The notes under the pieces were generated by a model that worked only from the letters and a program-made list of their open reading frames with translations, ran no database searches and was not told the DNA's origin. This document shows positions 15,538 through 35,500 of a stretch of 64,000 bases of DNA, piece after piece. Position 1 is the first letter of the stretch, and the number at the start of each line of letters is the position of its first letter. The position numbers and the translations under genes are program-made. The stretch lies in NCBI RefSeq assembly GCF_009914755.1, contig NC_060948.1. One strand, written 5' to 3'. This DNA is from the human T2T-CHM13v2.0 reference genome, Homo sapiens.

Positions 15538-18175
15538 AGACCAACATTGCAGATTAGGAGCAGCTAGACCCTGTAGTTCTCACAGAGAAAAATGCAAGGC
15601 GTGCATAAATACAGCACCTTCAAATGAAATATCCAGGTATTTGCCTTCAGAATAATCAAATAAACAACTTGTGGAGAGTAGAGCAAGGCCGAACAATGGG
15701 CCACCCAGAAAAGACATAGAGCCAAGAGAACCTCCCCATCCAGTAAAGCAGTAAGTGCATGTGTGACCCTGGGAACCTACAATTCTCCCACACATCTTTT
15801 TAATCCTCAGATGGGGAGACTCCCTGAGGAACCTACTTTACCAAGGCCTTTAGTCTAACACATAGAGCTACTTGGAGTCTCAGCATAGCAACTGCACTGG
15901 CGTGTTGCAGAGCCACAGATACTCTGGCTTTCCAGGATTCCCAGAAAAAGTAGCTGCAACGCCAGCAAAGCAGGAGGTTATACCCATATACATACCTATA
16001 GGAAATAGGCAGAATCCAGGGACCTGAGCAGTGACAGTCTGTAGGACCCACTTCCACAGTGCCTCATAGAGTAAGATCTACTGGCTTAGAATTCCAGCCA
16101 ATCATTGGCAGCAGCGCTGTATCTCTCTGAATTGGAGCTACCAGAAACAGGAGTGGACCTCCATCTTTGCTGTTTCAACAACATAGCCATCCCAGCCTTC
16201 AGGCTTTGAAAAGCCTAAGCTGACTGGGGCAGCAAGGATCTATAGCACCGTACAGGTGCTCTAAAATGACACCACCAGTCTGCCTGGTAAAGCACGTCCC
16301 CAAACTCTTCCTCCTCACTGAAAAGAACTTCCCAAACAGGGTGTCCAGCTACCACCACCAGTGTTATTTGATTTGTGGAATTTTGAAACCTCTTCGGGGT
16401 ATAGTTCCTAGAGTGAAGAGTGAGCTGCCACTTTTGCTGTTTTTGTGACTTAGCTGTTCCAGCTTTCTGGCTTTGGAGAATCCAAATAAACAAGGGATGA
16501 AAGTGATACCTCTGCACAGCAGAGCTCTCCTACAAAAATGTGGCTAGACTGCTATCTTAAGTGGGTCCCGAATTATGTTTTCCTCACTGGGTAAGACATT
16601 TGAAGAGGGGTTCCAGCTATCTCCTTCAGGTGCTTTTGGGCTGGAAACAGGTCTATACCTGCCTGGGATGGAGCTTCCAGAGAATGGGGCATACTGCCTT
16701 TGTTGCTGTTTTTCAGCATTCAGTGGGACAGCTTCAGATTCTGTAAAACCTGAGGTGACCAGAAACTGCAGTGGACACAAAACATACTGCAGCAGCCCTT
16801 TAGAAAAGTGGCCATACTGTTACATGAGCACCTGTTCTCACACATTCTCACTGTGCAGACTCTCCAGGTCTCGGCCATTAGCCAATCATTGGCAGGGATA
16901 TTGAGCCTGCAGCAACCTAGCAACTTCCTGGACACAGCCTCTAGGAGTAACTGAAAATATTTCTGCCACTATCTCTGTGTTAGAACTGTCCTTGCTATGC
17001 TTCTCAGACTAATGAAAAATTCAAAACCCAGGTACCTTATTTACACCTCAAACAAGCTGCATTTTACCCAAAGAGTGAGGGCCAGTCCACCCTCCATGGG
17101 TTCCACAAGCTACCTATTGCTCCTCACAAGACAGTAAACACCAAACTTGGCCAAAAGCAGAGATCCTCCATCCTGGGCTGTCTGTAGTAAGGGATTGCTG
17201 ACCTACATCTCTCTGAGATGCAGCCCCTAGAAGCCAAGCAAAGAAGGGGCAGCAAGCCACCTCATGTGGTGTCAAGAGTGTTGGTGCAAGAGCATCTGTA
17301 GTAATATGTTGCCAGTGATGGCCACTTCTCTAGGTTCAACTTTCTCCCATAAGAGGCTTTAGCCCTAGAAAAATTGTTGGACCTAATTTTTGCAGGATGG
17401 TCTTGCAAATCAGAAGAAATTGTTCCAATTGAATACCCCTTGGTCTCCTGGCCTCTTATAGGGACCTATTCTGGCCACAGGTTCTTACAGGGCAGTCTCA
17501 GTTACCCTGGGATCCCATACCATAGCATCGGTACTGGTGGGCCATGCCTGATCCCTGAAGAGCTTCAGCAATACAGCCCCTATGACTCCACCAGTCCACA
17601 TGTTTCTTCCCCATACTGCAGCTTCCCACGAGACCAAAGTAAGCTTATATCCAACCAAAGGGAGCTTCAGAAGTGAAAAAAATTAATATGATCCTATTCA
17701 CATAAGCAAACGCTGAAGAAATCTGTTACCCAAGACCTGTCTTACAAGGGCTTCTGAAGAAAACACTAAATAAAAAAAAACCCTGTAATTAGTCACTTCA
17801 AAAACACACCAAAGTAAATAAACTGCTGACACTCTAAAGCGACCACAAAACAAATGTGCAAAATAGCCAGCTAAAATCGTGGTGGCAGAATCAAATCAAC
17901 ACATATGAATACTAACCATAACTGTAAATGGGCTAAATGCCCCAATTAAAAAACAGTGTGGCAAGTTGAGTAAAGAATCAAGATCTAATGGTATTCTGTA
18001 ATCTAGACACTCATCTCAATTAAGCTAAATATAAAGAAAAAAGAGAAATCTACCAAATAGATGGAAAACAGAAAAAAGGAGGTGATGCAATCCTAGTTTC
18101 TAGCAAAGCAAACTTAAAATCCACGTAGTTTTTTTTTAAGAGAAAGAAGGCATTCCATAATAGTAAAATGCAATA
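15538..18175 (+). mobile_element. Old LINE-1 5' fragment (L1PBa/MER25-type 5'UTR, ORF1 3' end, ORF2 start)
   Basis: 'taaatacagcaccttcaaatgaaatatccagg' matches the L1PBa 5' end. 17640-17830 resembles the ORF1 C-terminus. 17880-18170 resembles the ORF2 start ('actgtaaatgggctaaatgccccaattaaaa'). Most of ORF1 is missing. Confidence 0.7.
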
Positions 18176-18254
18176 GACAAACCCAACCCAAAAGCACTGA
18201 GTATAAAGCGAGTTCTTAGTGATGCTGCAAGATGTTAAGTTAAATCTTCTTCAA

Positions 18255-19437
<1,183 letters not shown>

Positions 19438-20015
19438 CTGAAAAACAAAAACAAAAGGAACAACAAAATTTCTCCCACATTAGGCTCATGTGAATACATT
19501 TTACAAATATTAGTTACACAAAGCACATTAACAAGGTGACAATAAAATACCACAGGCTGTAATTCCTTTATAGACATGTAAACTTAACACAATTATAATG
19601 AACAAAATTCCTGTGTGAGAAGACTAAGAATCAGTTAAGAATTTATAGCACTTCAAGGGAGCAAAATGTCAAGAACTACATAGAAGTGTAATAAAAGTGT
19701 TTTATATTTACCCACCGCAGCCATTCTTCATCCTATGATGACTTCAAATATAGACTCCCAACTCATGTCTTCCCCCTTCAAAAATAAATAAAATAGTGGC
19801 ACCTGTGTTCAGGCTTCTTGTTTTGTGAGACCTTACTAAAGACTAATTTCTATATTATATGACAGTGTTTAAAGGAAAAGTGGTATTCTTTGACAGTTTG
19901 GGGCTGGTGAGACCAAAGGTAAATGACTGTTACAAAAAAAGACTTCAGTGTCATAGACAGAAAATGGGTATAGCAATTGACTGTAGTCAGAATCTCAATA
20001 GGAAACATAGGGAAT

Positions 20016-20350
20016 GTCCATGAGTGGTGGCCCACACCTGTAATCCCAGCACTTTGGGAGTCTGAGGCAGGCTGTTCACCTGTGGTCAAAAGTTCAACAC
20101 CAGCCGGGTCAACATGGTGAAACCCCATCTCTACTAAAAATACAACAATTACACAGGCATGGTGGCGGGCACCTCTAATCTCAGCTACTCTGGTGACTGA
20201 GCCAGGAGAATCACTGGAAAGTAGGAGTTGATTCTTGCAGTGAGCCAAGACCATGCCATCACATTGCAGCATGGACAACAAGAGTAAAATGTTCACTCAA
20301 AATAAAATAAAATAAAATAAATATAAAATAAAATAAAATATAATAAATAA
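20016..20350 (+). mobile_element. Alu (AluSq/Sp-like) with (TAAAA)n tail
   Basis: Dimeric Alu, 'gacaacaagag' diagnostic, tail at 20298-20350. Confidence 0.9.
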
Positions 20351-21072
20351 TTGGAAATATTTTTTAATGAAAAAACACAAGCCCAGATAAAACTTGTATA
20401 GAACAGAAGTGAGAGACGTCAAGAATCTCTAGCCCAAAAGTTGGTTCATATTTCCCAAGAAAAAATCACTTAATAAGCATTTTCACATGTGGTGATTTAT
20501 TATACAAATTGCAACATAAGACTACAACATATACAAAACATTAAGATAATATGTCTCACTCAAAGATAAAAATAAATATTCAGAAATCAATGATACAAAA
20601 CAGAGATGTAAAACTTACCTAAGAAAATTTCAATTAAAGTCTGCATTTATTTTTGAAAGAAAAAATAAATTGACCTGAGAAATTAACTTACCATCTGAAT
20701 GATGCTTAATGAGTTAAATGGAAATAAATAAAACAAAATGAAATAACAAAAATGAAATTAAGAAAACGATAAAAAGCACAAAAAAGTGTAGAAGTACAAA
20801 AAAGTCTCATACGCACTTCAATATTATTTAAAAATATGAGAAAATCAAGAAGCTCAGTAAATTTCAACTAACACAAATAAATTTCTAACAAGACCCCAAA
20901 TAAGCAATGTTTTGAAAGTCACACACAAAAAGAGAATCTGGAATGCAGGAAGAAAAAAGAGTTATGTTATTTATATGCATGCTTCTGTAAGATTACCAGT
21001 AAGTTTATGAACATAAACCTTTCAGGAAAAAAGGAGTAGGATAACATACTTAAAACACCGAAAAAAAAATTA

Positions 21073-21665
21073 TGTTAGAAAATCCTATTCCTCAGAGCCA
21101 AAAAATAGAACTAATACTCAGACAAGGAATCTTCTCAGCAAGGCAATTTTACTTTCTGCAGAAAGGGTGCTGCTCATCAGCAATCCTACCCTGAGAGCAC
21201 AATGAAAAAGAAAGGCAGGAATATTTACCCGTATGCATTGAGTCCTTACTTCTGTGTCCTATCTCCATTAGTTGGAACTAGGCATCACAGTCTAAGCTAA
21301 ACCTGATTGGCTAACAACCTGAAACTTCCCTAAATAGGTAAAGGCAATGGAGAACAAAGAAAAAGGGAAAGTTTTTGCAAAAATACTTAGAGAAGTAATA
21401 AGATTTCCAAATAAGAAAGGGGACATAAGCTGCAACCTGGGACATGCCTGAGCATGTACAGAAGAAATGTTCTGGTGAAAGTACAAGGCCATAGAATGTA
21501 CTTATTCCCTTATGTATAACAGCTACATAGAGTAGGGCTTAACAAAGAGTTATTAGCACAAAACAAGAAGGCTTTGAAGAAATTTTATCTTTAAAAGAAA
21601 ATCTTATTTCTAACATTTAGTATTTTTCTTTAAAAGAAGGGAAACTTGATGAGAAACATTTTACA
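21073..21665 (-). mobile_element. ERV1-class solo LTR (MER87/MER84-like)
   Basis: TG...CA termini (tgttag...ttaca), ~590 bp, inserted into the old L1 ORF1, which resumes at 21666. Family name is tentative. Confidence 0.6.
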
Positions 21666-22394
21666 AAGTCTAAGTGAGAATACAATATCCAGCAAAAGTA
21701 TCCTTCAACAGGAAAAAGAATAAAACTAACTATATTATGACCTGTATCAAGATGTATCGATGTCATGTCTTCAAGAGACTCACTTCAGACCTAATTTAAA
21801 AAAATAGACTGAAAATGGCAGGATAAAAAATACATGCCATGCAAGTGTTAACCAAATCATAAGAGAAAAGGCAACAATTTATTAAGTTGAAAACTGTCAT
21901 ATTTTATGAAGTTTGCTTTAAGTCAAAATTCACAAGAGACAAAGTAGGACATTCAATTATATTAAGAGAGTTCATTCACTGAAATTCCGTGAATATGTGA
22001 GAGTTTTCCCAAACACATAAAACAAACATTGACAGAATTGAAGCAAAAATAGATAGCAATACAATAATGGAAGGATACATTTGTATCCCACTTTCAGTAA
22101 TAAATAAAGACAGAATATCAACAAGGGAACAAAAAGTTTGAATACACTATACAATATATTTACCTAACAAATGTATACCGGTAAAAGAATACACTTTTTT
22201 TTTTTTTTTTGCAATAGCTCATAAAACATTTTCCTAGGTGGATTACCTGTGATGCCATGAAAGAAGTCTTAATAGTTTTTTTAATTGAAATTTAGCAGAC
22301 AATTTTTTATAGCACAAATGAAATGAAACTAGAAATCAGTAATGGGAGAAAAGCTGAAAAAATATATGAAAATTAACTGTTAACATAGTTTTAC

Positions 22395-22693
22395 TTTTTT
22401 TCTTTCCTTTTTTTTTAGATACAGCCTCACTCTGTCACTAGGAGGAAATACAGTGGCACAATCTCGGCTCACTGTAACCTTAACTTCCACGTACAAGCAA
22501 TTCCCCTGACTCAGCTTCTCCAGTAGCTGGCATTACAGGCATGCCCAACCACACTTAGCTAATTTTGTGCATTTTAGTAGAGATGGGATTTCATCATGTT
22601 GGCCAAAATGGTCTTGATCTCCTGATCTGGCTATGTACCCTCCTCAGCCTTCCAAAGTGCTGGGATTACAGGTATGAGTCACCATGCCTGGCC
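22395..22693 (-). mobile_element. Alu (AluS)
   Basis: Reverse-complement dimeric Alu ending 'accatgcctggcc'; degenerate TSD taaca(t/c)a(g/c)tttt. Confidence 0.9.
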
Positions 22694-22709
22694 AGTAACA
22701 CACTTTTGA

Positions 22710-23109
<400 letters not shown>

Positions 23110-23219
23110 ACCAATTTTCAATTTTAAATTAAACTTTCCCAAAAATAGAAATTACAAAACCCACAAATTACATGAAAATCCTGGCAATCTTTAAAAACAA
23201 GAAAAATATTAGAAGCATT

Positions 23220-28150
<4,931 letters not shown>

Positions 28151-31100
28151 AGAAAAATTTTGGAAGCATTACACTTAACAATTTCCAAATACAAAATAAA
28201 CCTAAAGTAATCAAAGCACTTTGGTACCAGTATAAAAGTAGAAAAAGAAATTAATGAAGCTGAATGCAGCACAGAAATAAACTTTTGAATAGAGAGGAGA
28301 GACATACCACCTAGATTTTTCATTCAACTATATGTCATAATTCCTTTGGTAAGCAGGACCCACGCAGGAGAGGAGAGTTACACCATTTAGATGCTAATTT
28401 CTGTGATATTTCAAATTTTTTCTGGATGCAGAGAACAATCTGGAGAGACACATAACCTAGCTGATAGGCCAAGAGATATGTGATATTATACCCTCTTGAT
28501 AGAGCTCAAGCAGAAAAATCACATTATTTTGATTCTAACCCAGTGATAAGTAGCAATGCACCCATGGAAAGAAATTTGAGCCAAAAAGTCTCAACACCTG
28601 GGTACTAGACCCAGGGATACGACACAATCTCATCATCTTTGAGGGTGACAACTTTAACTTTTAGCTAAACTTGTATATTAGAGTGACAATCTCACATGTT
28701 TGCTGGGACAATGCATGACCCTCTGCAACATCCAAGTGATTTATAAAACCTGCATAAGAGTTGCAAAGCTGTGTGAGGCCTATGTGGTGGTATGGGCTCA
28801 CAATCTTACATATTAACCTAAACCCAGGTTTGATAGTCAAGATCTCTCCTTTAGGCAGGGTTAAGGAAGAAGACCCATTATTATTCCTGTGGGCTGGGTC
28901 TAGAAATGAGTGACCATCCCACTTGTGGCCAGGACCACATATAAATGTCACAATTCCAACTTTGTGCTGCATTCCCTTATTAGACTCATGATCTCGACAG
29001 TGGCATTGTAAATGTGGGATGGTGATAACTTTTAATTTCACCTGGGTATGTAACATAGAGTCCCAATCTGAAGGTTTGGCTGGGCCCTGTTATGAAATTT
29101 TATATCAACAAAGAGTTTATATACTACAGGTTAGTGTTGGAAGCTTCTGTGAGGTTGTTACATATTTGCAACCGAGGACATTGTCTATTGCCCCAAGCCT
29201 AACAGTGAAAGGCAAAATATCTTCTATTGGCTGAATCCCAATATAAGTTTGAACATCATGTCTGTGAACTGAAGCAGGGTATATGTTATAATCCCATATG
29301 TGGACAAAAAGCTAGGCAGGAGGGTAACATCACTTAGATGTTGTGCCAAGCAATATTTCACAATGTCTTCTCTAGGCAGGGCATAGGGAATTTGGTCATA
29401 TTAACTGCATGCTGGACCCAGCAATATGACAACATCCCACATGTGGAAAAAACCCAGCCAAGTTATGAGAACCAAAACACCTGCATGAAGAGACCAAGAT
29501 ATGTCAAAATACGTTAGGTGGCTGCAGCACAGGAGGAAAGTCACATAACAATGGTCCTGGGCCGAGCAATATGCAATATTCCATAAGTTCCTCTATATGC
29601 AGAAGCAAGGCAGAAGAGTAACATCATCTGGGTGCCGGGCCCTGCTGTAGGCCAAAATTCCTGTTTTGCAGGAATGGCTTGGGAAAATGAGGAGAGTCAC
29701 ATAACCTGAGTGCTGGGCTCAGTAATGTGCCAAAATCCTCCTATTGTGAAGGTCCAGGCTGAAAAAGAGAGTCACATCATTTAGGTCATGGGCTCAGAGA
29801 TACGTCCCAATGTCCCCAGTAGTCAGGGCTTAGGCAAACAAGGAGAGTCATATCACCTATGTGCTTCCCTAGAAATATGTCACAGGGTAAAATATGGGCA
29901 GAACTTATGCAGAAGAGCCACAACCCCAGAGTGCTGGGTTCTGAGATATTTCACAAGGTTCTCTTAGGGCAGCACCCAGCAAAGATAGTTAGGTGCGGGT
30001 TCTCTGTTTATGCCACAATGCTCCGTGTGGCCTCCATGTACACAGGGCCCAAGGAGGGAGTCACTTCACCTAGATGATAGGCCCAGAGATATGTCACAAT
30101 GACCTCTATGAAGCATAGCCCTGGCAAAAGTGTACCATCACCTGTGTGTATGGCCTAAAATATATCATTGTCAAGGTTGGCAGGGCCCAAGCAGAAAAGC
30201 CACATAACCCAAAGATAGACCCAGAGACATGTCACAATATCCTTTTGTGGACATGTCTCAGACAAAAGAGTACCCTTCCCTGTGTCCGTGGCCTTGCAAT
30301 GTGTCACTATCTTTCCTTTGTTCAGGGCTCATTTTAGAGAAGAGAGTTACATAACTTATGAGATGGACACAGAAATATGTTACAATATGTTATTATTCAA
30401 GTGGGCGGATCCCGGGAGAGGAGCCATATCATCTCCATAATAGGCCTTTATGGTATGTCAAAATTCCCTCTTTTGGGCATGGCCCTGGAAAAAAACTCAT
30501 CACTTCTGTGCCTGGCCTAGGAATAAGTCACTATTCTGCCCTGTGTGCAGGGTCCATAAAAAAGAGGAGAGTATTGTCTTCTAAGTGATAGGCACAGAGA
30601 TATGTCACAAGAATATGACATCACCTGGGTGGGGATTCAGTGATGTCACAATCTTACTGAGAGCAGGGCCTCAGTACAATAGTGTGTACAATAGTCACAT
30701 TACTTCAAGTTTGACTCAGGTAGATATTAAAATTCCATATGTAGGCTGGAAACTGTCTGAAGAGTGAAATCACACAGGTGCTTGGCAAGATTTTATGCCA
30801 GAATAACGATGGAATTAAATTCTAGGGATGAGATGTAAAATAACACACGTGTCCTGTTTACCTGTAGGAGAGCTGCTTTCATCCATCTGTTATGATGATA
30901 GTCCTTACTGTCAACTGAGGGTGCATACAAGATTCACAATTTTCTCTGTGGGCTAGGACCTGTTATGACACTCTTTATACAAACCAAAGGTGGGATATCA
31001 TGTGTGGGTGTTGTCATGATCTGTGACCTTTTTACCAGAAGGTAAACCTGAACAACACTCATGTCCCAAAAATAGTTATTAGAGTCAAAATTTCTCCTAT

Positions 31101-32258
31101 TGTTTCCATTCACATATGAGAGTCATTATCATGCCTGTTAGCTGTGCCTAGGTATAGGTCACAATCCTCTCTCTGGTTATTAAACTGGCAGGACAAACAC
31201 CTCACCTAAATCCTGAGCCAGAAATATTTCAATATTTTCTTTAAAGGTAAGACCCTAACAGAAACTTCACAAAACTTGGGTGCTAGGCAAAGTTCTATGG
31301 CAAAATGGCCCTTGAGGAAAAAGTCCAGGCAGGAGAGGAGAGTCATATAACAAATGATTGACCCAATGATATGTCACAATGCCTCCTGTTGAAAGGCCCA
31401 GGCCAGAGAGTCATGTCATTTGGATGCCATGTTTAGAAATTCTACAGTCTTCACTGGATGCAGGGTTCAGGCAGGAGAGGAGAGTCACATAACCTGGATG
31501 ATGGGTACAGATATATGTTACAATCCCCTCTGAGGTCACTTTTAGACAGGGGAATCAAATCACCAAGGTTCTTGGCATAGGTTTACGTCAAAATGTAATC
31601 TGTGGGCTATAAGTAGGCATGGTTATTAAATCACATAGGAGCTGGACAATGGCATATGTCACAAAAACAACTGTGGAAAGGTTAAGAAATGAAAGTCACC
31701 ACCTTGCATGTGTCCTGGCTCCAGGTACAATTGTCATTATTAGGGTTTCGGTCTGGTCTCAGGTATATGGAACAGTATCACCTCTGGCAGGGAGAAGAAA
31801 GGAAAGTCACATCATTTGTGTGGGTGCTGGTCCAGTGAAATGTCACAATCCTACCTGTGGGCAGGACTGTGGGAGAAGAGTCTCTTCACCTGGATGCTGG
31901 TTTCAGTGATATATGCAAATCCCCCTTGTGGGCAAGGCTTAGGAAGAACAGTAGACAAACTTCACCTTGGTAATTGGCATGAATATGTGTCACAGTGGCC
32001 ACTATGTGAAGAACCAAGGCAGAAGTGTCACCTAATCTTGGTGCTGCATTCAGCAATATGTCACAATCTCTTTGGTGTTCAGGGCCCAGGCAAGAGAGAA
32101 GAAACATTACCCAGGTGCTGAGCCATGGGATATGTTAAAAAGCCCCCACAAAAAAGAGTCACATCACCTGGGTGCAGTGCCCAGTTATGTTTCACAATGC
32201 ATTGCGAGTTCAGGGCCAAGGTAGTAGAAGGAAGTTACATCACTTATGCAATGCACCT

Positions 32259-32537
32259 AGGCAGGCAGATCACGAGGTCAGGAAATCGAGGCCATCCTGG
32301 CTAACACAGTGAAACCCCATCTCCATTAAAATACAAAACAAAACAAAAAAATAGCCAGGTGTGGTTGTGGGCACCTGTAGTCCCAGCTACTTGGGAGGCT
32401 GAGGCAGGAGAATGACGTGAACCTGGGAGGCAGAGCTTTCAGTGAGCTGAGATCGCTCCACCGTGCTCCAGCCTGGGCAGCAGAGTGAGACTCCATCTCA
32501 AAAAAAAATAAGCAAAACATAAAAGAAAACAAAAAAG
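32259..32537 (+). mobile_element. 5'-truncated AluY within the satellite
   Basis: Begins at 'aggcaggcagatcacgaggtcagg'; 'ggctaacac', 'gaatgacgtgaacc' and 'gagcttt' are Y-type; A-rich tail. Confidence 0.92.
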
Positions 32538-35500
32538 CCACAGTACTCTTCTTAGGCAGGGGTCAGGATAAGATCTCACATCAGCTGTGTGATGGTCGCA
32601 GTGACATGTAAAAGTGCCTTTGTCACATGGCCAAAGAAAGTGTCATCCATTGCATAAGTGTGTGCTGCATGTGTGTCACAATTTCAACCGTGCCCTGGAT
32701 GTAGAAAGTCAGAACACTCAGATATTGACAAAAGTCCACCCTTCTTATCAGTTGGGTCTAAGTACAAGAGTCATAATCTCAACAATGAGCAAGATCCATG
32801 TATAAGAGCCCCAGTCCCACTTGAAGATGGTGTTCCAGTAGGAGACTCACAGCACCACAGTTCACTGAATCATGGTTCAAAAGTCACCAAACAACCTGTG
32901 GATCAGATTCATGTATGGAAGTAACAATTTCAAGCTTCCATTGATTATATCTGTGAGATTTAGTACCTCATATGTAGATGCTGTTAATGTGTGAGAATAA
33001 CAATCATGTCAGCTGGGTGTGAATCCAAGAGTCACAGTAACACCTGGTTTCTGGGGACTGTTATCACACCCTTTGTACCACTCAGGCTTTATGTGATATG
33101 CCTAAATAACATACTTTCCTGTGAATTATTACAGGTGGGTGATCTTGGACTTTACCTTTGTTGATAAGACTGGCTATGAGAGTTGAAACACCTCCCATGG
33201 CTGTGTCTAGTTATAAGAGTTATTATTGGGCATATGAGCTGAATCCAGGTGTATGTCCCAATTTCACCTTTGGACAGAGACAAGACAGAAGAGTCTCATC
33301 ATCTGGGTTCTGATCCAGGGACTCAGTGGTACGTCACAATTTCTTCAGAGAGCAGGATCCAGACAGGAGAGGAGATTCACATTACCTAATGCAATATCAA
33401 GAGCTATGTCCCAGTATTCCCAGTGGACAGGGAACTGGCAGGAGAGACACATGACCTAGCTGATAGAACTAAAGATATGTGACAATATCTGCTGTTTGGC
33501 AGGGTCCAAGCAGAAGAGTGACATTATTATAAATCTAACCCAGAGATATTTCACAATGCACCCATGGAAAAGAATGTAAGCCAAAAGTTCTCAACACCTA
33601 GAGGTACTAGGCCTAGTGATATGACACAATCTCTTCATGTGTTAGGGTGACACCTTTGACTGTTAGCTAGGTGTGTGTATATAAGAGTCACAATGTCACG
33701 TGTGTTCCGGGTCATCATATGACACACTCTATCATATCTGAAGGCTTGGTATGCATGAGACTTGCAATCTACTATGAGAACTACATGCTGATATTAACTC
33801 ACAATTTTACATATTGCTTTAAATCCAGTTATGATAGTCCACATCTCTCTTATTAGCTGGATTTAGACAGGGGACCCATTATTATGCCCCTGATCTGGGT
33901 CCAGAAATAAGTCACCATCTCACCTGTAACAACATCCACATATGAAACTCACGATTCCATCTTTTTACTTTATTTACATTTTAAACTCAGGGCTTCAGCA
34001 GTGGGATTTGTAAACATGAGATGGGGACAACATTGGCTCCACCTGCATGTGTAATCAAGAATCATGATTTTAACCATCTCCTGGGCCCTTTTATAAAGCT
34101 CTGTGTACCACGCAAGGATTTTATAGAATATGAGTCAGTGTTTTACACTTCTGTTAGCTTTGTTCAGATTTGCAACTCTTAATTGTAATTTAATAGGTAA
34201 ATAGTAATTTACCTATTACTCTAAGTGTAGAAATGAGAGGCAAAATATCTGCTATTGGTGGAATTCCAATTTCAGTTTGATAGTCACACTTCTGAATTGA
34301 AGCAATGTAAATTTCATAATCTCATTTGTAGAAAAAAATTAGCAGCAGAGTAGCACAACTTACATTCTGTGCCAAGCAATAAGTCACATTGCCCTCTCTA
34401 CACAGGGTCTGAAATGCGGGTTACAATATCTGGGTGCTGAACCCAGCAACATGACACAATCCCAAACGTGGATAAATCAAACCCAGACAAATGATGAGAG
34501 CAAATCACCTACAGAATTGGCCCAAGATATGTAAAAATACTTTCTGTTGCTCCAGCAGAGGCAGGAGAGTTACATCATCAGAGTGTGTGTCCTAGCAATA
34601 TGCCATAATTATATCTTTATGCAGAACCCAGTCAGAAAAGGAACACCATCTCAGTGCTGGGCCCAGCAATAGGTCAAAATTCCTTTTTACGGTCATGGTT
34701 CGGGAAAAAAAAGAAGAGTCATATTACATAATTATTGGGCTTAGCAATAGGTCACATTGACCAATTGTAAAAAAAAATAAAAATAAAAAAAATAAAACCT
34801 GCAGAAGAAAAGAGTCACATTACATAAGACACAGGCTCAGATATATGGTCCAATGTCCCAGGTAGGTAGGACTCAGGCATAAGAGAAGAGTCATATCACG
34901 TAGATGCTTCCCTAGGTTTATGAAATAATCTAACGTGTTAGGTGAAACCATGCAGAAGAGTCACATCACTTTGATGCTGGTCTAGAGATATGTCACAAGC
35001 CTCCCTTAAGACAGGACCCTAGCTAGAGAATTACAACAAATGAGTTCAGGTTCTACCCTTATGTTCAATGTGGGCAGAACCCAAGCAGGGAGTCACATTA
35101 TCTAGCTGATAGGTGCAGAGCTATGTCACAATGTCCTCCTTAAGTTATGGTCCTAGTGAAAGGGCACCATCACCTGTGTGACTGGCCTAGCAATATGTCA
35201 CTATTTGAGTAAGCAGGACCCAAGCAGGAGAGCAAATTCACCTAGGTGATAGGTCCAGAGATTTGTCAAATGTCATCTTAAGGACAGGGCCCTCGCAAAA
35301 GAGTGCTGTCACCTCTTTGCCTGACACAGCCATATGTTACTATCCCCCACTGTGTGCAGGGTCCATTCTAGTGTGTAGAGTTATGTCACCTAAGTGGTTG
35401 ACACAGTGATAAGTGCCAGTGATATCTGTGCACATGACTCAGGCAAAAATGTAACATGACCTGAGTGCTGGATCCAGTGATACGTCACAATTCTTACTGA

